Positions 1 through 12,415 of a DNA stretch of 64,000 nt are shown here, in pieces (position 1 is the stretch's first letter; each line of letters opens with the position of its first letter). A program made the position numbers and the translations under genes. The stretch is from NCBI GenBank assembly GCA_977862235.1, contig OZ374564.1, positions 2,666,001 through 2,730,000 of the forward strand, read 5' to 3'. The notes below the pieces were generated by a model. It did not search any database, was not told where the DNA came from, and saw only the letters and a list, made by a program, of their open reading frames with translations. This DNA is from Dudresnaya verticillata. Its lineage: Eukaryota.

Positions 1-30
1 CAACCGCCGCCATCTTCCGCAAGGCGACTG

Positions 31-1220
31 CGACTAAGTCAGCAAAGGGCACTATGCACAAAACGGAATTCCGTAATGGCCCCCCCAAGCCACAAACGGC
101 CTTGAGCATCTGCTCCCCCATCAACAGGGGAACGCCTTGGCTCAGGTCGTACACAAAAAGCGGACTTCCGCATCGCGGGGTACTCGCGTCAAAAACGCAA
201 AGCAATGCTCGCGACTCCTCTGATATGGTGCTCCCCATAACGCCCCTTTTGGCCCAACTACTGAGGAACACCTCTACACCGACTGCGTCCAAGCGCAGTC
301 ACGCGCTACTACCGCCACATTATTCGCATACGTGGTAGCCCCCACGACGGGCACCCGCGATCAAGCCCACCGGTATCAAGTCGCGTTGATATTTCGCGGC
401 ATTTCCGCTCCCCTAAACTATGCCGTCCCGTCGACGTTGTCCCATCACACTACGTCGAACTCGACTAGGTCGTTGGACGGCCCACTTAGGGTCGTCTCCC
501 CGCATAACTATGGTTGAGTCTACTCAGAGCAACGCTGGCGCGAATGGGTCAGTATGCCCAAAGTCAACCATGCCCGACAACAGCTGTCTGTACAGGCGCA
601 CGATTAATGTGGCGGTACCACAGTACCGGACTGGGCTACTGTACTCCCTTCAGGTCACGTGCCTCAGGCCACGCTATGGATTTCCATTGGATAATAATGG
701 TGCCGGCGTTTTCCGCACCAATCATCTGCGTGTGTCCACACAGAGGCCCACTCTAGCGGACGACCGCAAGTACACCTCATCCCCCAAGTCATGCACGACT
801 AAGTTGCAATTGCGAGCTATGACCAAAACGGGATTCCGTATTCAACACCCCTGGCCGCCAACGGCCTTGAGCATTCGCAGCTCCAGCGACGGGGAAACCC
901 CTACGTCCAAGTCGCTAACGAAATGTGGACTTCCACGCTGAGCGGCACGCGCCTCACTGGCGACATATCGCGGCCCGTCGCTCGCCGGCATATGCCTGTG
1001 CGAACCGATACGCATTACCACTCGCAAAAGGGGAACTCCTCTGCAGCGACGCGCCGCATTACGGCAATCAGGAAAACAAACGGGCAAACTTTTAATAAGT
1101 CCTGGTTATGGCGACGCTCTCCCTACTACAGTGCATGGGCTAGTCCCACAGGGTCGGTTGCCCCACACCACATGTCGACGATCGACTAGATATGAGCAGG
1201 CCCGCTTGGGCCCGCTCCAT
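31..1220. repeat. Diverged internal duplication (about 31-500 vs about 796-1220)
   Basis: Colinear blocks CGACTAAGT (31/796), AAAACGG.ATTCCGTA, AACGGCCTTGAGCAT and GGACTTCC at offset 765; TCGACTAG...GGCCC.CTT.GG at offset about 720. Roughly 70% identity by hand count over about 140 nt. Confidence 0.75.
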
Positions 1221-2506
1221 CCTCGCCATCCGGGTTATACCCCTTGTCCATAGCAGCCTCGAGGAGCTCCTCGTCGCTGCCGCGGATGGCAATCTCGGGA
1301 ATTCCCGTCCGACGCAGAAAGCCGATCACGGCAATACGCTGACTCAAACTCATCCGCACGCGACGTGGGCGAGGCTGGAACTTGTCGATTTTCGACTTAG
1401 TGCTCCGTTAGAGTGTGCAGTACTGCAAAAAGAGGAAATGTCTCATACACGGCCCATTTATGATACAAATTGGAAACGGCCGCAAGACACCGAGACAGGG
1501 GCCGCAGCGACCCCCTGAGTAGCCCTACGGTTACCGCGGTTACTGTAATGCACTTACAGTGGTCCGGACCGGACGGTCCACTAGAGGACCAATCGGCCCA
1601 TGAAGAGGACCAGTCGGTCCACTAACTGGACCGATGTGAGGAAAATGTGTGAGGATGGCGTACCACGTAAACATTGAACAGGTCGGTTCGGCTGTGGAGA
1701 CCGTCGGACACCTCGTACCGTCCACTGCCTTCCGGAATGAATGCAAAAGTCGGATTGCCACATATGGACCTATAACTATTGACTTTTGTGCTTTCTGAGA
1801 AGGGAGCGTAATCTTCAGTGGGATATCCACATCGTTCGTGGGTTGGGCTCGCAGGGGCTCACCTCTTAACGGGGGGGAGATGTGGTGCAACTCACCTGTG
1901 CTCATTTCCCTCAAATCGCGGATTCACCGCCAGCAACGTACTTGGGGACTGCCCCTGTAAGGCGCCCGGCCTGACAGTGCCCGGCGCCCTCTGCCAGCAA
2001 GGATGGCCCCGCAAGACGACAACGCGTACACGTGCACACGTGCGCCCCCTTGACGCACACCGTTCAGCCACACTACCACTAGGCTGACAGTTGATATTTT
2101 AGTAGATAATTATAGAATTGCGCGCGCCACGTAATGCCAAGTAGCGCGCCCCCTTCCCCTACCTTAATCCGCCACCAAGGCGCACCCACCTCCTACATAG
2201 TATATTAGGGCCCTGAGGTGCGCCCTCATACAGTAAACGGCCAAGCTTGGGCCCAGCGAGACGTACCCTCCTACCCTATCGACTCCCTCTCTAGGCTGGA
2301 CTCCAGTACGTACGCTACCCTTCTTCATCGTACAGAATCCTGTTTTTCTCTTATTTTCCTTCGGTTTCTCTTCCTTTCTAGGGTAACCCCTTTTCGCGGT
2401 CTTGTAGTGTTTTACAGTCGCACTACGGGGCTACTCCCCTGCTCTACCGCTACTACCTCACCTGCTACCGCCAGGCCCCCGAACCGCCTGAGGTGCATCC
2501 TCGATT

Positions 2507-3667
2507 CTACCGAGTGGATTGCACCACATGTAACAGGTTTTCTCTTAATTTACTCATGCCTGAAGGCCATTCTGTCCTCTCCCTCATCGCTTCAAACTTC
2601 CGAGTCTCGGAAAGGGCGGCTGAAGCTTTCACGAATTGCTCTTGCGTGTGTTTGGCCGAAACAGGTTTGAAATTGTGTGTCCTTGACACCTCTCGAAGCC
2701 TGTACAGGGTAGCTATTTGAACAGTAATGCCGTTGTGAGAGCTGCCTGCATTCATAAAGGCCTTGGAAGACTTGATGGAACTGACGTGAATGAAGCGTCT
2801 GTATACTCTGCAATCCAGATTCTGCATCGCGACATTTGAGTCTATGGCCTTTCCGGAAGCAGTCAACAGTTGCATAGTTGCTAGTTCAGGGACCTCCTCC
2901 TTCATTATCTTCCCAATTACATCGATAACGCGACGGTCAAGACGAAGAACGGTTGCCGCTGTCTGTTTGATAGTGTTTTCCGATAGGTGACTGCATCCAT
3001 CATATGCTTCGGCAACTGCCGTCGCAGTCGGAGTCTTCCCATTACTGGCTTCGAGACGGTCTGCCTCTTTCCTAAGACCGCATATCTGATCGTAAAACGT
3101 GGTCTCTACAAAAAAGCTGGAGTCGTGCTTTCGGTTCTGATGGCGAGCCAGTTGCTTCAGAATCTGGATGTTGTGCCCCCCTTTAAGCACAGTGGCAGTC
3201 AAAGCAAACCCCTTCCATGTCTCCCGGTCTTCATCGATTAGCTCCATAATGGCGATAAGTCGATGCATGCCATCAACAACTCCGAACCACTCCGACCGAC
3301 TGGAGGCCGCTGCTTTCACCTGTTTCTCTGTGTACTCAGTCCCATCCGCTTTCCGTTTAGCTCGGAGAAACTCAAAAATGAAACTCCTGAAGGGACCTGT
3401 TAGGCGAGCCAGTATGGGCGCATCAGAACCGGCAATGTACCCGTTGTTGTAGTTAACGCTCCTCGTCCCACCACCCCTGAAAATCTTCTTGAGCATCTCA
3501 ACACCGGATCTCGAGATGTCCCTTATATCAGTTATCGGAACACAGGACCTGGGGTCTATTCGAATGTTGGTAGACCCCTCCATGACATCTGCGAACAGTG
3601 CCTGTGCCATCTCCTCCTTCCTCAAGGGCTCACTTGACCCCCTGCTCCGCTTCTTGCGCTTCGACAT
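2507..3667 (-). CDS. ParB/Srx-like motif protein, probably TE-associated and C-terminally truncated
   Basis: 386-aa ORF with a basic N-terminus (MSKRKKR) and FGVVDGMHRLIAI, matching the ParB/Srx-type DGxHR motif. It ends abruptly in degenerate sequence. Confidence 0.55.
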   Translation of the reverse strand: MSKRKKRSRGSSEPLRKEEMAQALFADVMEGSTNIRIDPRSCVPITDIRDISRSGVEMLKKIFRGGGTRSVNYNNGYIAGSDAPILARLTGPFRSFIFEFLRAKRKADGTEYTEKQVKAAASSRSEWFGVVDGMHRLIAIMELIDEDRETWKGFALTATVLKGGHNIQILKQLARHQNRKHDSSFFVETTFYDQICGLRKEADRLEASNGKTPTATAVAEAYDGCSHLSENTIKQTAATVLRLDRRVIDVIGKIMKEEVPELATMQLLTASGKAIDSNVAMQNLDCRVYRRFIHVSSIKSSKAFMNAGSSHNGITVQIATLYRLREVSRTHNFKPVSAKHTQEQFVKASAALSETRKFEAMRERTEWPSGMSKLRENLLHVVQSTR

Positions 3668-6600
3668 GGTGTGCGAGAGAAGGACTCACTGTGCAGGTGA
3701 AAAGCGCTCTCCTTGAAAGAGTACGGAAAGGGGTACTGCATGTCCGACGAGTTGTCCAGATTCTGTTCAGAAAACCTCCCGCAACAAGTTCTTTACGTCC
3801 CCGGCTCATGTTTGCAGGGTGCCATTTTCGACTGACACCATACGGGCTTTCGACACACTGGACGGCGGGAGTACGACATGGATGTGCCGCAAATTCTGAG
3901 ATGGCACGGGAGGTCACGTGGATTGTTCACCGGGTGTGGGCAGTCTCCATCAGAACTATTCTTAGCACAGGTCGTACAGTTGGAATTGGTAGAATGCAGG
4001 TTTCACCGGACCTGCACGGCGAGATGTAACAAAGTCAATTAGGGCATGCTGCTCACTGTCCCAGCCGACTTGGCCGGGCTTTGAAGTTGAGGCCGGCCTG
4101 GCCAGGTGCTGATACTGCGAGTAAAATAGCATGCCACACACGGTTTCGGTGAGTACTGGCACACAGTTGCCAGCGGCCTGCCAGCGGGGGGCGCGGCGGT
4201 CAATTTACGAGGAACAGTTTCTCGGGGGTGGGAGGTGTCAACACCTGTGGGTGCAATATCAGTATCAGGGAACAGGTGGGGCGAGAGCGCCGGGCCAAAT
4301 AGCTGTTCATTTGATGTGGCAAAATGCGCGCTGAAAAACCTGTATAGATTTTCTGTCCAATGATATTGAATAAGCTTGTAAAAGGGTCTTTCTATTGGAC
4401 CGCCGTCAACACCTTTACAGCTTCTGAATGCGGCCAAGTCACATTGCTATGAGAACAGATATTGCGCTTCACGGCAACGCAGGAGCCCAAAGTGCAATAT
4501 CAGTATCGGGGAACAGGTCCTGAGAGCCCGCAAACTCCACAATCTATCTGGCCTCGGCGCTGCGAGCTCACGAGAGGAATGCCCAGAATGCGGACACAAA
4601 TACGCCTGCCACAACACACTGCCTCACAAACGCCCTTACCCTCGCCGCGACGACTCCCGCTCCGCGAATCCATCACTCACGGTATCCTCCTCCACTCCCC
4701 TTCCTCTCCGCTGCGTAATACCGCCGTTGTGCTTGCCTGCCTGCTTACCGTCCTGCTTCCGGAAAGCCCACCACGTGCAGTACTGCTCTTACCCTGCCCA
4801 TATGACCTCACGTCCAACCCCACCCCCAGCCGTGCACCCGCAGCAGTCAACTCTTGTTGCGCGCGCCTGCAACCGCCACAGTCATGGAAAGGTTTAGGAA
4901 CCTGGCCCTGCAGCCATGCCGCTAAAGGATGAGGTCTTTCCAGGAGGATCAGCCCCCTTCGGGTCTTTCGGCGATGGATTATTCGCTCGTGACTTCTTTG
5001 CCACTATGACGCTGGTGCACTGTTCGGTTCTTACCCCCAACCATCTCGGCTAGCACCCCGAAACGCATCTCAAGAAAGTTCTGCCCTGTCTCCACACCTG
5101 GCCTGTCCAAAAATGTCACTCACAACACCAATTGATATCACCACCATCGCGCTCCTCTTCCTTCTCCGAACCAATGCGCTCTCAACGAAGGCAATGGACG
5201 CAATTGCGGCCACTTAAGCGGAAACCCATCTGACGTCAAGTACATCCGCTGCGAGACCTGCAACTCGGTATCAAGGTCCGACGCCGCTGCCATCAACGAG
5301 CTGCAGCCCTCCGACCTCATGCATCTGCAAGTGCTAGATCTAGTCGAATCCCTCTGCAAGCAGACGTTGCAGCACGCGCGCTGGATGAAGTCAACCGACC
5401 TGGTCGAGTTTCTTGGCAAGCTGCGTCTGATTCCGCAGGAGGGGCAGTCAGCAGTCTAGACTGCACGCGCGAGTGCAATTGCACTTTTAAAACCATTTAC
5501 CTGGCCTGTGCCGACGTACTGGACGTCATCGAGAGCGAGCTGGTCGACCGCTTGTACATGCATGCATAGTGCACCGTCGAGAGGGACACACAATTCATGA
5601 GGAAGATCTTGCGAAGTGGGTATGTGCCAAGCGCAGCGGTCTTTATCTGTCTTTATGCATTAGGTGACCACGAGTAGAACCTCATGACTGTTGGCGAACG
5701 CAATACAGCTGGCAGCGACACTTCTAGAGATGATCTGTAGGCCCTGCAATGCCGGCGCACTTTATTGTTCTTTTCTCGAGACTCGCTTTGTTAGGCCTGG
5801 TCCCGGGACCGGCATTGAACCATTGCCTGTACAAGGTGATGCCAACAGGTCAATCTCGCTATTGTTTCCATCTGAGCAATAGCACTCGCACAAAGTTCGC
5901 GACGAGTATCTGCGCAGATGACCGCGCGGTCAGTTCAAAGTATGTGGCTCAGTCATAATATGGCGTTTTCATTTATGAAGGTTAACTTCAGTTTACAATA
6001 CCACTGCGGAGAGCACTTGCTCCTCGCTCCACTTCAACCGTCCCGCGTCACAAGTTTCTGGAACGAATAGGCATGTTTGCACACTGGTTAGTCTCGTGCG
6101 TATTCGCATGAGAGAGAAGCCACAAGTTCGTGTGGGAGAGGAATCACAAACACAAATCCAGGTGTTCTACAGACGCTTACTATACCTACAGTTAATAGAC
6201 ACGTGCGTTGTCATCTCTCGAAAAAAGAATAAGGCAGCCATTATAGTTAGATGATGCACAAGAATCAGGGTCTCCTGCCTAATGGGCAGTAGCCATGCGC
6301 TTACAATCGTAATTAGCCGTTGTTCATGTGGTTTGGTGACCTCCGCATGGTGACGGCTCCGACATTGTCGCACGACCATGTCCAAAACCTGTTATGGGCT
6401 TACAAACTTCTAACGGGGAGCTCCCCAAGTGTTGATGCCTACGCATAAACACTTAGCGAACTGGACGAGGGGGGAGGTTGGAGGGACTGAGGGGCAAGGG
6501 TGATTCGAATGTGCACCTCCACAAATACTTAAGCCAGGACTTGTCCTGCTCCACTAATGCCCTCCACGATTTGGGTACACAAAACTGCCTCGTCGTGAAA

Positions 6601-7932
6601 GCTCACAAGCCCGGCGAGCCGGGATGGCTGTGTTGCGTCTTTCTCGCGGCTTGTACAGTGTCACAAGTGCCCGGCCTTTGTTAGTCAACAGTAGCTCCCC
6701 TCACGCGGTTTTTACTCACAACGCAACTACGTGGTCACTATGTCTTGATGCCCTGAACTCGGATAACAAATTAATGCCAAGAGAAGGGGTACCGCACGTC
6801 CAGTGGAGCCCCGGCTCCGGTCCATGATGCTCCAACAGTCCCAGTCACGGAGCCCTCGGGAATAGTCACAGTCGAAACCCCTAAACACCAGACACTGTCG
6901 TAGTTGCTGTCGCAGTGCCCTTGAGCCCGACCTTCGGGGTGTTCCATTTGTGTGCCTCACGCATTGCTTCGCCACCTTCCACATCTACTGAGAGCGAGCT
7001 CAGATTACGCGTTCCATTCATCCTCTTCCCATGCGGCCAACAAATCCACCATTTCTTTGCCTCCTGGATCGCCCTTTGCCAGCTGCATATGCAGCGCATG
7101 ATGAGGAACACACCGTCCTGTCGTGAGTGACACCAATACTTATACCCCGAAGTCCTGCCCTGCTAGCTTTGCCTTCACTGCACCTATCCTCTCATATTGA
7201 CCATCTCGATCATGGCATGTCCTCTTGAAGGATAGTATTCGCTCTGGATACAATTATTCGAACTGCCGTTTCCGACGCCACTATTCTGGCGCCATGGCGC
7301 ATGTGCACATGTCCATCGTCTTTGTCCTGAGTCCTGTCGTCTGCTTCGCCGATCCGGAAACCATCATGCTACTGCAGAACCTTAAGGTACTGAGACAACT
7401 GGAGCAGCAGCATTGCCATTTTTTCTGTGCCGCGACTTCCTTGGAAGCGTCTCCAAACGATATCAACTCGTGATGTTGGCGCACTGCAGCTCCCAGCTCA
7501 CCGCAGGGTGACCGTCAGCTGTATGTGTCCGCCTCTCACAAGCTGCAGCTTGTGTGGCTCCGCATGCATGCGGAGAGTTGTACCTGAAATGTAATTGGCC
7601 AAGTGCAGAACCAGAATCTGATCACAACCAGAATCTGGGCTGCACAATAACCCAGATGCACCCCGTGCAGCCACTCGTACCGCTCCACGGGTGTGCAGCC
7701 TGAAGAACAGGCAACAGGCGGCGCGCCGCGGTGTCACAGAGGGTATTTAATGCGCAAGCGTTTTGCTGCGAAGGGCTGCGCCTCCCCGCCAGGTCGGCCA
7801 GGTGCCTTAACAGACTGCAAAGCGGGCGCACGAGCGCAAGCAGATCTGCTTAGAGCGTGAAGGGAAGACAGAAGGAGTGGCACTCTCACAAGCTGTGTGC
7901 AGATACCGTCGCGGAACGGCATTTTGAACGAC

Positions 7933-10882
7933 ATGGAAATGAGCCCGTCAAGTACGGATTGCGCTGAGCGAGAAAATGAAGCAAAGAAAGGAGGAAGTAA
8001 CGCGTGCGACGAAGGGCGTGTTGCTCTTCTGTATGACAGGGAAATGGTCAGCACTGCTATTGTCAAGAGACCGGGGACAAAAGAGGACGCAGACCAGTCT
8101 GGCAGGTATTGTATCACCCTGCATGGCCACAAATTGTCTCCCAGTCAGAAAAAAGGGGAGAAGCTGGTTGTGGTTTACCGAGCACAAATCATGCAACCGT
8201 ATGAGAAACTTCAGTACAAATACAAGTACAAGACAACGGACTCCGTTCCGCACACACTTGGGGAGATGGGTGGGGGTTTTCATGCATGGGATGTGAACTA
8301 CATTCAGGAGCTCGGCAATCAAGAAATCGCGCCGTTGTGCCAGAGACGGTTGTACTCTCCACGACAGGGCATAGTTCGTCGCAGAATTTACCCAATACTG
8401 AGCAATTGCCCCCCTATGTCACCTGCAGAACACAATGCCGCAGCGGTGGCCCCTACCGCATCGCCCCAGCAGATGACACCAGTTGACACGACAAGGCCAG
8501 CATCACCCCTCCAACAAAGTGCGGGGCCGCAAGCGGATGCCGCAGCGCGGTAAATTCGAACAACAACACCGCCTGTCAATGCTCCGAGCAGTGAGGAATT
8601 GAGTGAACCCCGAGAGCATTTGAGGGAGGCCAGCCATGATGATGCGGACGCCGTACGACACGTGTCGGAAAGTGATGACGACGCATATGACCCTTTTCAG
8701 AAGGTGCAGGTCAGGACGAAGCGAAAGTATACTTACAGGAAGAGAAAGCCGCAGACATTCAGTGGGAGAGGAAGTCTTCAGAAGAGACGTAAGAACCTCT
8801 TCAAAGACCTGGAACGCGCAAACACGCAGTCAATGAGATGCTGCATCGGGAACAAGTGCTTCCAAAGCGTGGAGCAAGTGTACTTCAAGGCGGAGGCGCG
8901 CAGAATTGCCGGAATGAACGTAGAAGCAAGGCGAACGTATCTTCGCAATCTGTTGGACACGACAAAGATGAAATACTTTTTCAACCGCCAGCCTGTCTGT
9001 TACAACTTTCTGGAGCAGGCCTTTGGATTCTCCCGTGACTTACAGACCTCTGTAAAAGGCACGAGGCAGTCCCGGAAGCTGCAGCTCCCAAACAATGCGA
9101 GGCGTGATACCTCATCCCATCAGCAGGATACTATCATTTGCTTCCTTGAACGTCTTGCAGACAGCACTGCTGAACCAATGCCCGATAATGGGGGGTCACA
9201 CCTCCCCTACTTTCAGAAATCAGTTGTGTATGAAATTTTCAAATTGGACCACACCAGGCTGTACAGAAACAGGGAAATTCCGTGTCAGAGTTACTTTTAC
9301 TTGGTATGGAAACACAGTTGCTCCCGCATTAAGGTGCGAAAGACACACCGATTTGCAAAGTGCAGCGAATGCGAACTCATTCGCGAGCGACTTTCTCAGA
9401 CAGGGACCTCTGGAGCAGGCACTGAACACCTGCATGAGCGGCGCAACATTCACTTGAAATTCATACAGGCAGAGAGACGTGAATATCAGAAAATGTGAGA
9501 AGGCGATACTATTGCCGCAAGAGTATTGCTCCCTCATAGTGGATGGTGCTGATCAGTCCGCATTTGGACTTCCCCATTTTGTGGTGTCGTCAAAAGCCAG
9601 CATTGGGCATGTCATGAAAGCGAAGCTTATTGGCGTGCTTGAACACAGGACTGAGAAGCGCCTGCACTTGTACACAATGACCGGTGAGTTCGAGACCGGC
9701 GCGAACCACATTATCGAGGCGTTGCACAGAACGCTTTCGGACAAACAGTCCAGAGGAGAGCTACAAGGGACTTTATTTCTACAAGTAGACAACTGTTCGA
9801 GAGAGAACAAAAATACCTTTTTGTTCTCATACCTGGAGAGTCTCGTTGCATGGGGTGTGTTCCAAGAGGTCTTCGTGTCTTTCCTGCCCGTCGGGCACAC
9901 TCACACAGATATAGATCAGGCCTTTTCGTGCACGGCACGCCGGCTTAAAGTTCGGGACGCAGTCACAATGACTGAATTGATGGAAGAGCTTCGGCAGTCG
10001 TACAGTCCAGAACCAGTTGTCAGTCGCATGCTTCAAATTGCGAATTTCTCAGGCCTGTGTCGACAGGAAGGATGCATTGGTAATGTTGAGGCATTCACGA
10101 CCTATCGCTATTTCAGATTCCACCGTGTGGGTCCAGCTGCGACGGAAGAGGCAGAATCTGTTTCAGCTTTTGTGACAGGCTGTCAATTGAGAATGACATG
10201 CGCGGATGACTGGGTTCCGTTGCAGACAGGAGGAGAGCATAAGGGGTTCATACTATCCCCTTCTGACCTTGGCAAGACTCCAGCAACAGTGGTCAAATCG
10301 CCGCCAGATTTGAAGGAAGTCAACGACAGGTTTCGTTCTGAAGAGACACGTGTGAATGACACGGGAAAGATGAGGGAGCTGCAGGAATTGCGTGACCACG
10401 TGTACAGAGATAGGCTGGAAACGTTTCATTGGGATATGGGACGCATATTTGAGACAAGGGGAAAGTACAGCGGAAGAGCGGCGCTGGAGTACGTACCGGA
10501 AGGGGATGACGGTGAGGAGGAGACTGTGACCCCCTCTTCAGACCTGCAGTACACGAAGAACTACTTCGTTGCCGTTGTGAGGGAGAACGCCACCGCACGA
10601 TGCCCATTTTGGCTTGGACAGATTCTAGATGTTGTGCAGGACGCTACGGGAAAGGCTACTGAGCTGTATATAAGATGGTACGAGGCGTATGACGGAAAGG
10701 GTGCTTGGGACGGAAAGTACAAGGCATCCATATACTCAGCGACTAAGCAGACATGGACTGGTACTGTCGGCGTCGCGACCGTAGTGGTCGAATTCGAAGC
10801 TCTTACGAAGAGACGTCTACCGCAGCTCGTCCAGAAGAGAATCAGAGAATCGCCGTTGTTAGTTAGGTATGCCGGATCTTGA
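7933..10882 (+). pseudogene. DDE-type DNA-transposon transposase (DUF7869-like family as I recall it), disrupted
   Basis: ORFs 7897-8553 and 8599-9498 share a frame and are separated only by TAA at 8551. A frameshift near 9490 joins ERREYQK to CEKAILLPQEYCSLIVDGADQ. Motifs: FAKCSECE, DGADQ, LFLQVDNCSRENKN, FLPVGHTHTDIDQAFS. Confidence 0.8.
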
Positions 10883-11069
10883 TATGAGAAACAGCTACAA
10901 CCAGTAAATTCTACTCTCAGGTTGATGCAGCACACGAGAAATGCAAGGCCATTTGACGCCTGTAGCGCCCGTCTACGCTACAAGTTAAGTCCGAACCGCG
11001 GGTGGAAAGCGGCTTAGCTACCTGGTAGTGGCACCAGGTCGGGCGGGTAGTGGGCCCAGTTGTGAGGAC

Positions 11070-11830
11070 GGGTCAGAATGCGGGTGGCCGTGCCGCACGG
11101 GAGCGGGGTAGGGGTGAAGGAGGCGTGTCGGGGACTGCTGCGAGGGGCTGACCGTGCGTCCGAATGCGGCAAATTCATGTGGACGTCTCAGAATGTGGCA
11201 GGGCGCGGTGCGCAGGAGCGTGGGGAAGGGTGACGGCGAGGTGTCGGTGAACGGCAGGGAGCGTGAGACAGAGTGCGGTCACAGGCCGGACTGGGGCGGG
11301 GAGCGGCACTACGGGTCTGGGAGGGGTGGGGAAGCGCGCCTCATTACGCGCAAGGCAGAAGCAGAGCGCGTGCGCACGCGCCAGAATGCGGAATGCGTGG
11401 GCCGGTAGCAGCACCAGGAAGGGTGATGGTGGGAGTGGCTGTCGGATGTGGGGAGGTGGCCGAGCGCACGTCGGAATGCGGTGGGTAGCCAAGTCCGAGC
11501 GCGCCGGAATGCGGCGGGAAGTCGCCAGAATGCGGTGTGCGGTCAGGGGGCGGGGGCGCGGGCGGCGGGACGGGCCAGAATCAATTTCTGGAGAATTTTT
11601 AATTGGAACTTTTCGGAAAAATCACAACTTTCGGGAAATTTCGACCCCGGGGGGGCCCATATGCCGGGACGCATAACTCCGAAACTATTAGCGTTTGCTC
11701 CGATCTGTTTGCTCCACTGTTCTCAGAGTAGCGCCCCCTTTCTAACGCGCTATCGAACGACGGGATTCAAGGACCCTCAAAAAATTCTGTTCTGTTTTTG
11801 AAATTCTGTAGCCGGCTAAATTAGTGTTGT
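11070..11830. mobile_element. Probable subterminal region of the adjacent DNA transposon
   Basis: G-rich tract with about 8 copies of GAATGCGG or variants (11075-11537), then a tract with A/T runs. It lies directly downstream of the transposase. No terminus was identified. Confidence 0.4.
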
Positions 11831-12249
11831 TTGTCGAAGCGTGTGTGTGTGGGTTTGAGCTCTTTCAGGGGCCGCTATTTCAGACTCCGCTTAAAATGGT
11901 GGTTGCTGTAGTGCATGCAGCATGCAGCACGTGTGTACGTCAACGAAGATTTGCAAATCGTCGTTGACGTAGACACGTCCGAGTAGTTCAGCTCGGCGGG
12001 TAGCGCGTCGGGGATGGGTGTTTGGTGATAGAGCAATGATACGCCAGGGGCGGACTGTAGACGCCCAAATCGCAAGTAGAAAGGGGAAGAAAACCCAAAA
12101 CGAAACACATCCAGAACGGTAGCGGACGCGGAAGCGCGGGTAGACAGACGCTTAGGTCTTCGGGTAGCGGTTGAGTGCGCGTGACGCAAAAGGGGAATTC
12201 CAGACCCGAACCGGCTTGCCGGGAGTTTACTGCTACGTCATAGACAAGG

Positions 12250-12415
12250 TACCTAAGTAATGCTATGGGGCCGCGGCGCAACGGCTGTATGATGTAATGC
12301 GCGGGAACCCGGGACACGTGTCGTGCAGAGGTGCGTCTGACACAACCCGGGGCGGTGCAGCCGCTGTACGCCGCCGTGCGCGTCTTACAGAAGCGTGTTT
12401 GCGCGGTACTGTAGA
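12250..12415. repeat. Dispersed repeat, homologous to 39359-39568
   Basis: Shared colinear blocks TACCTAAGTA, GCGCGGGAA..CGGGACACGTGT, GAGG.GCGTCTGACA, TGCAGCCGC, CTTACAG and GTACTGTAGA. Confidence 0.75.

Noticed and set aside
1..2500. Mirror-image (complemented but not reversed) assembly artefact, suggested by frequent CTA/TAG and a protein-like complement reading near 2340-2510
   Set aside because: Hand translation of mirrored frames hit stops and spot dinucleotide counts were not consistently reversed. Unsupported without computation.
4251..4518. 27-bp direct repeat GTGCAATATCAGTATC.GGGAACAGGT (4251, 4492)
   Set aside because: Real, but only two copies, with no associated structure I could interpret.
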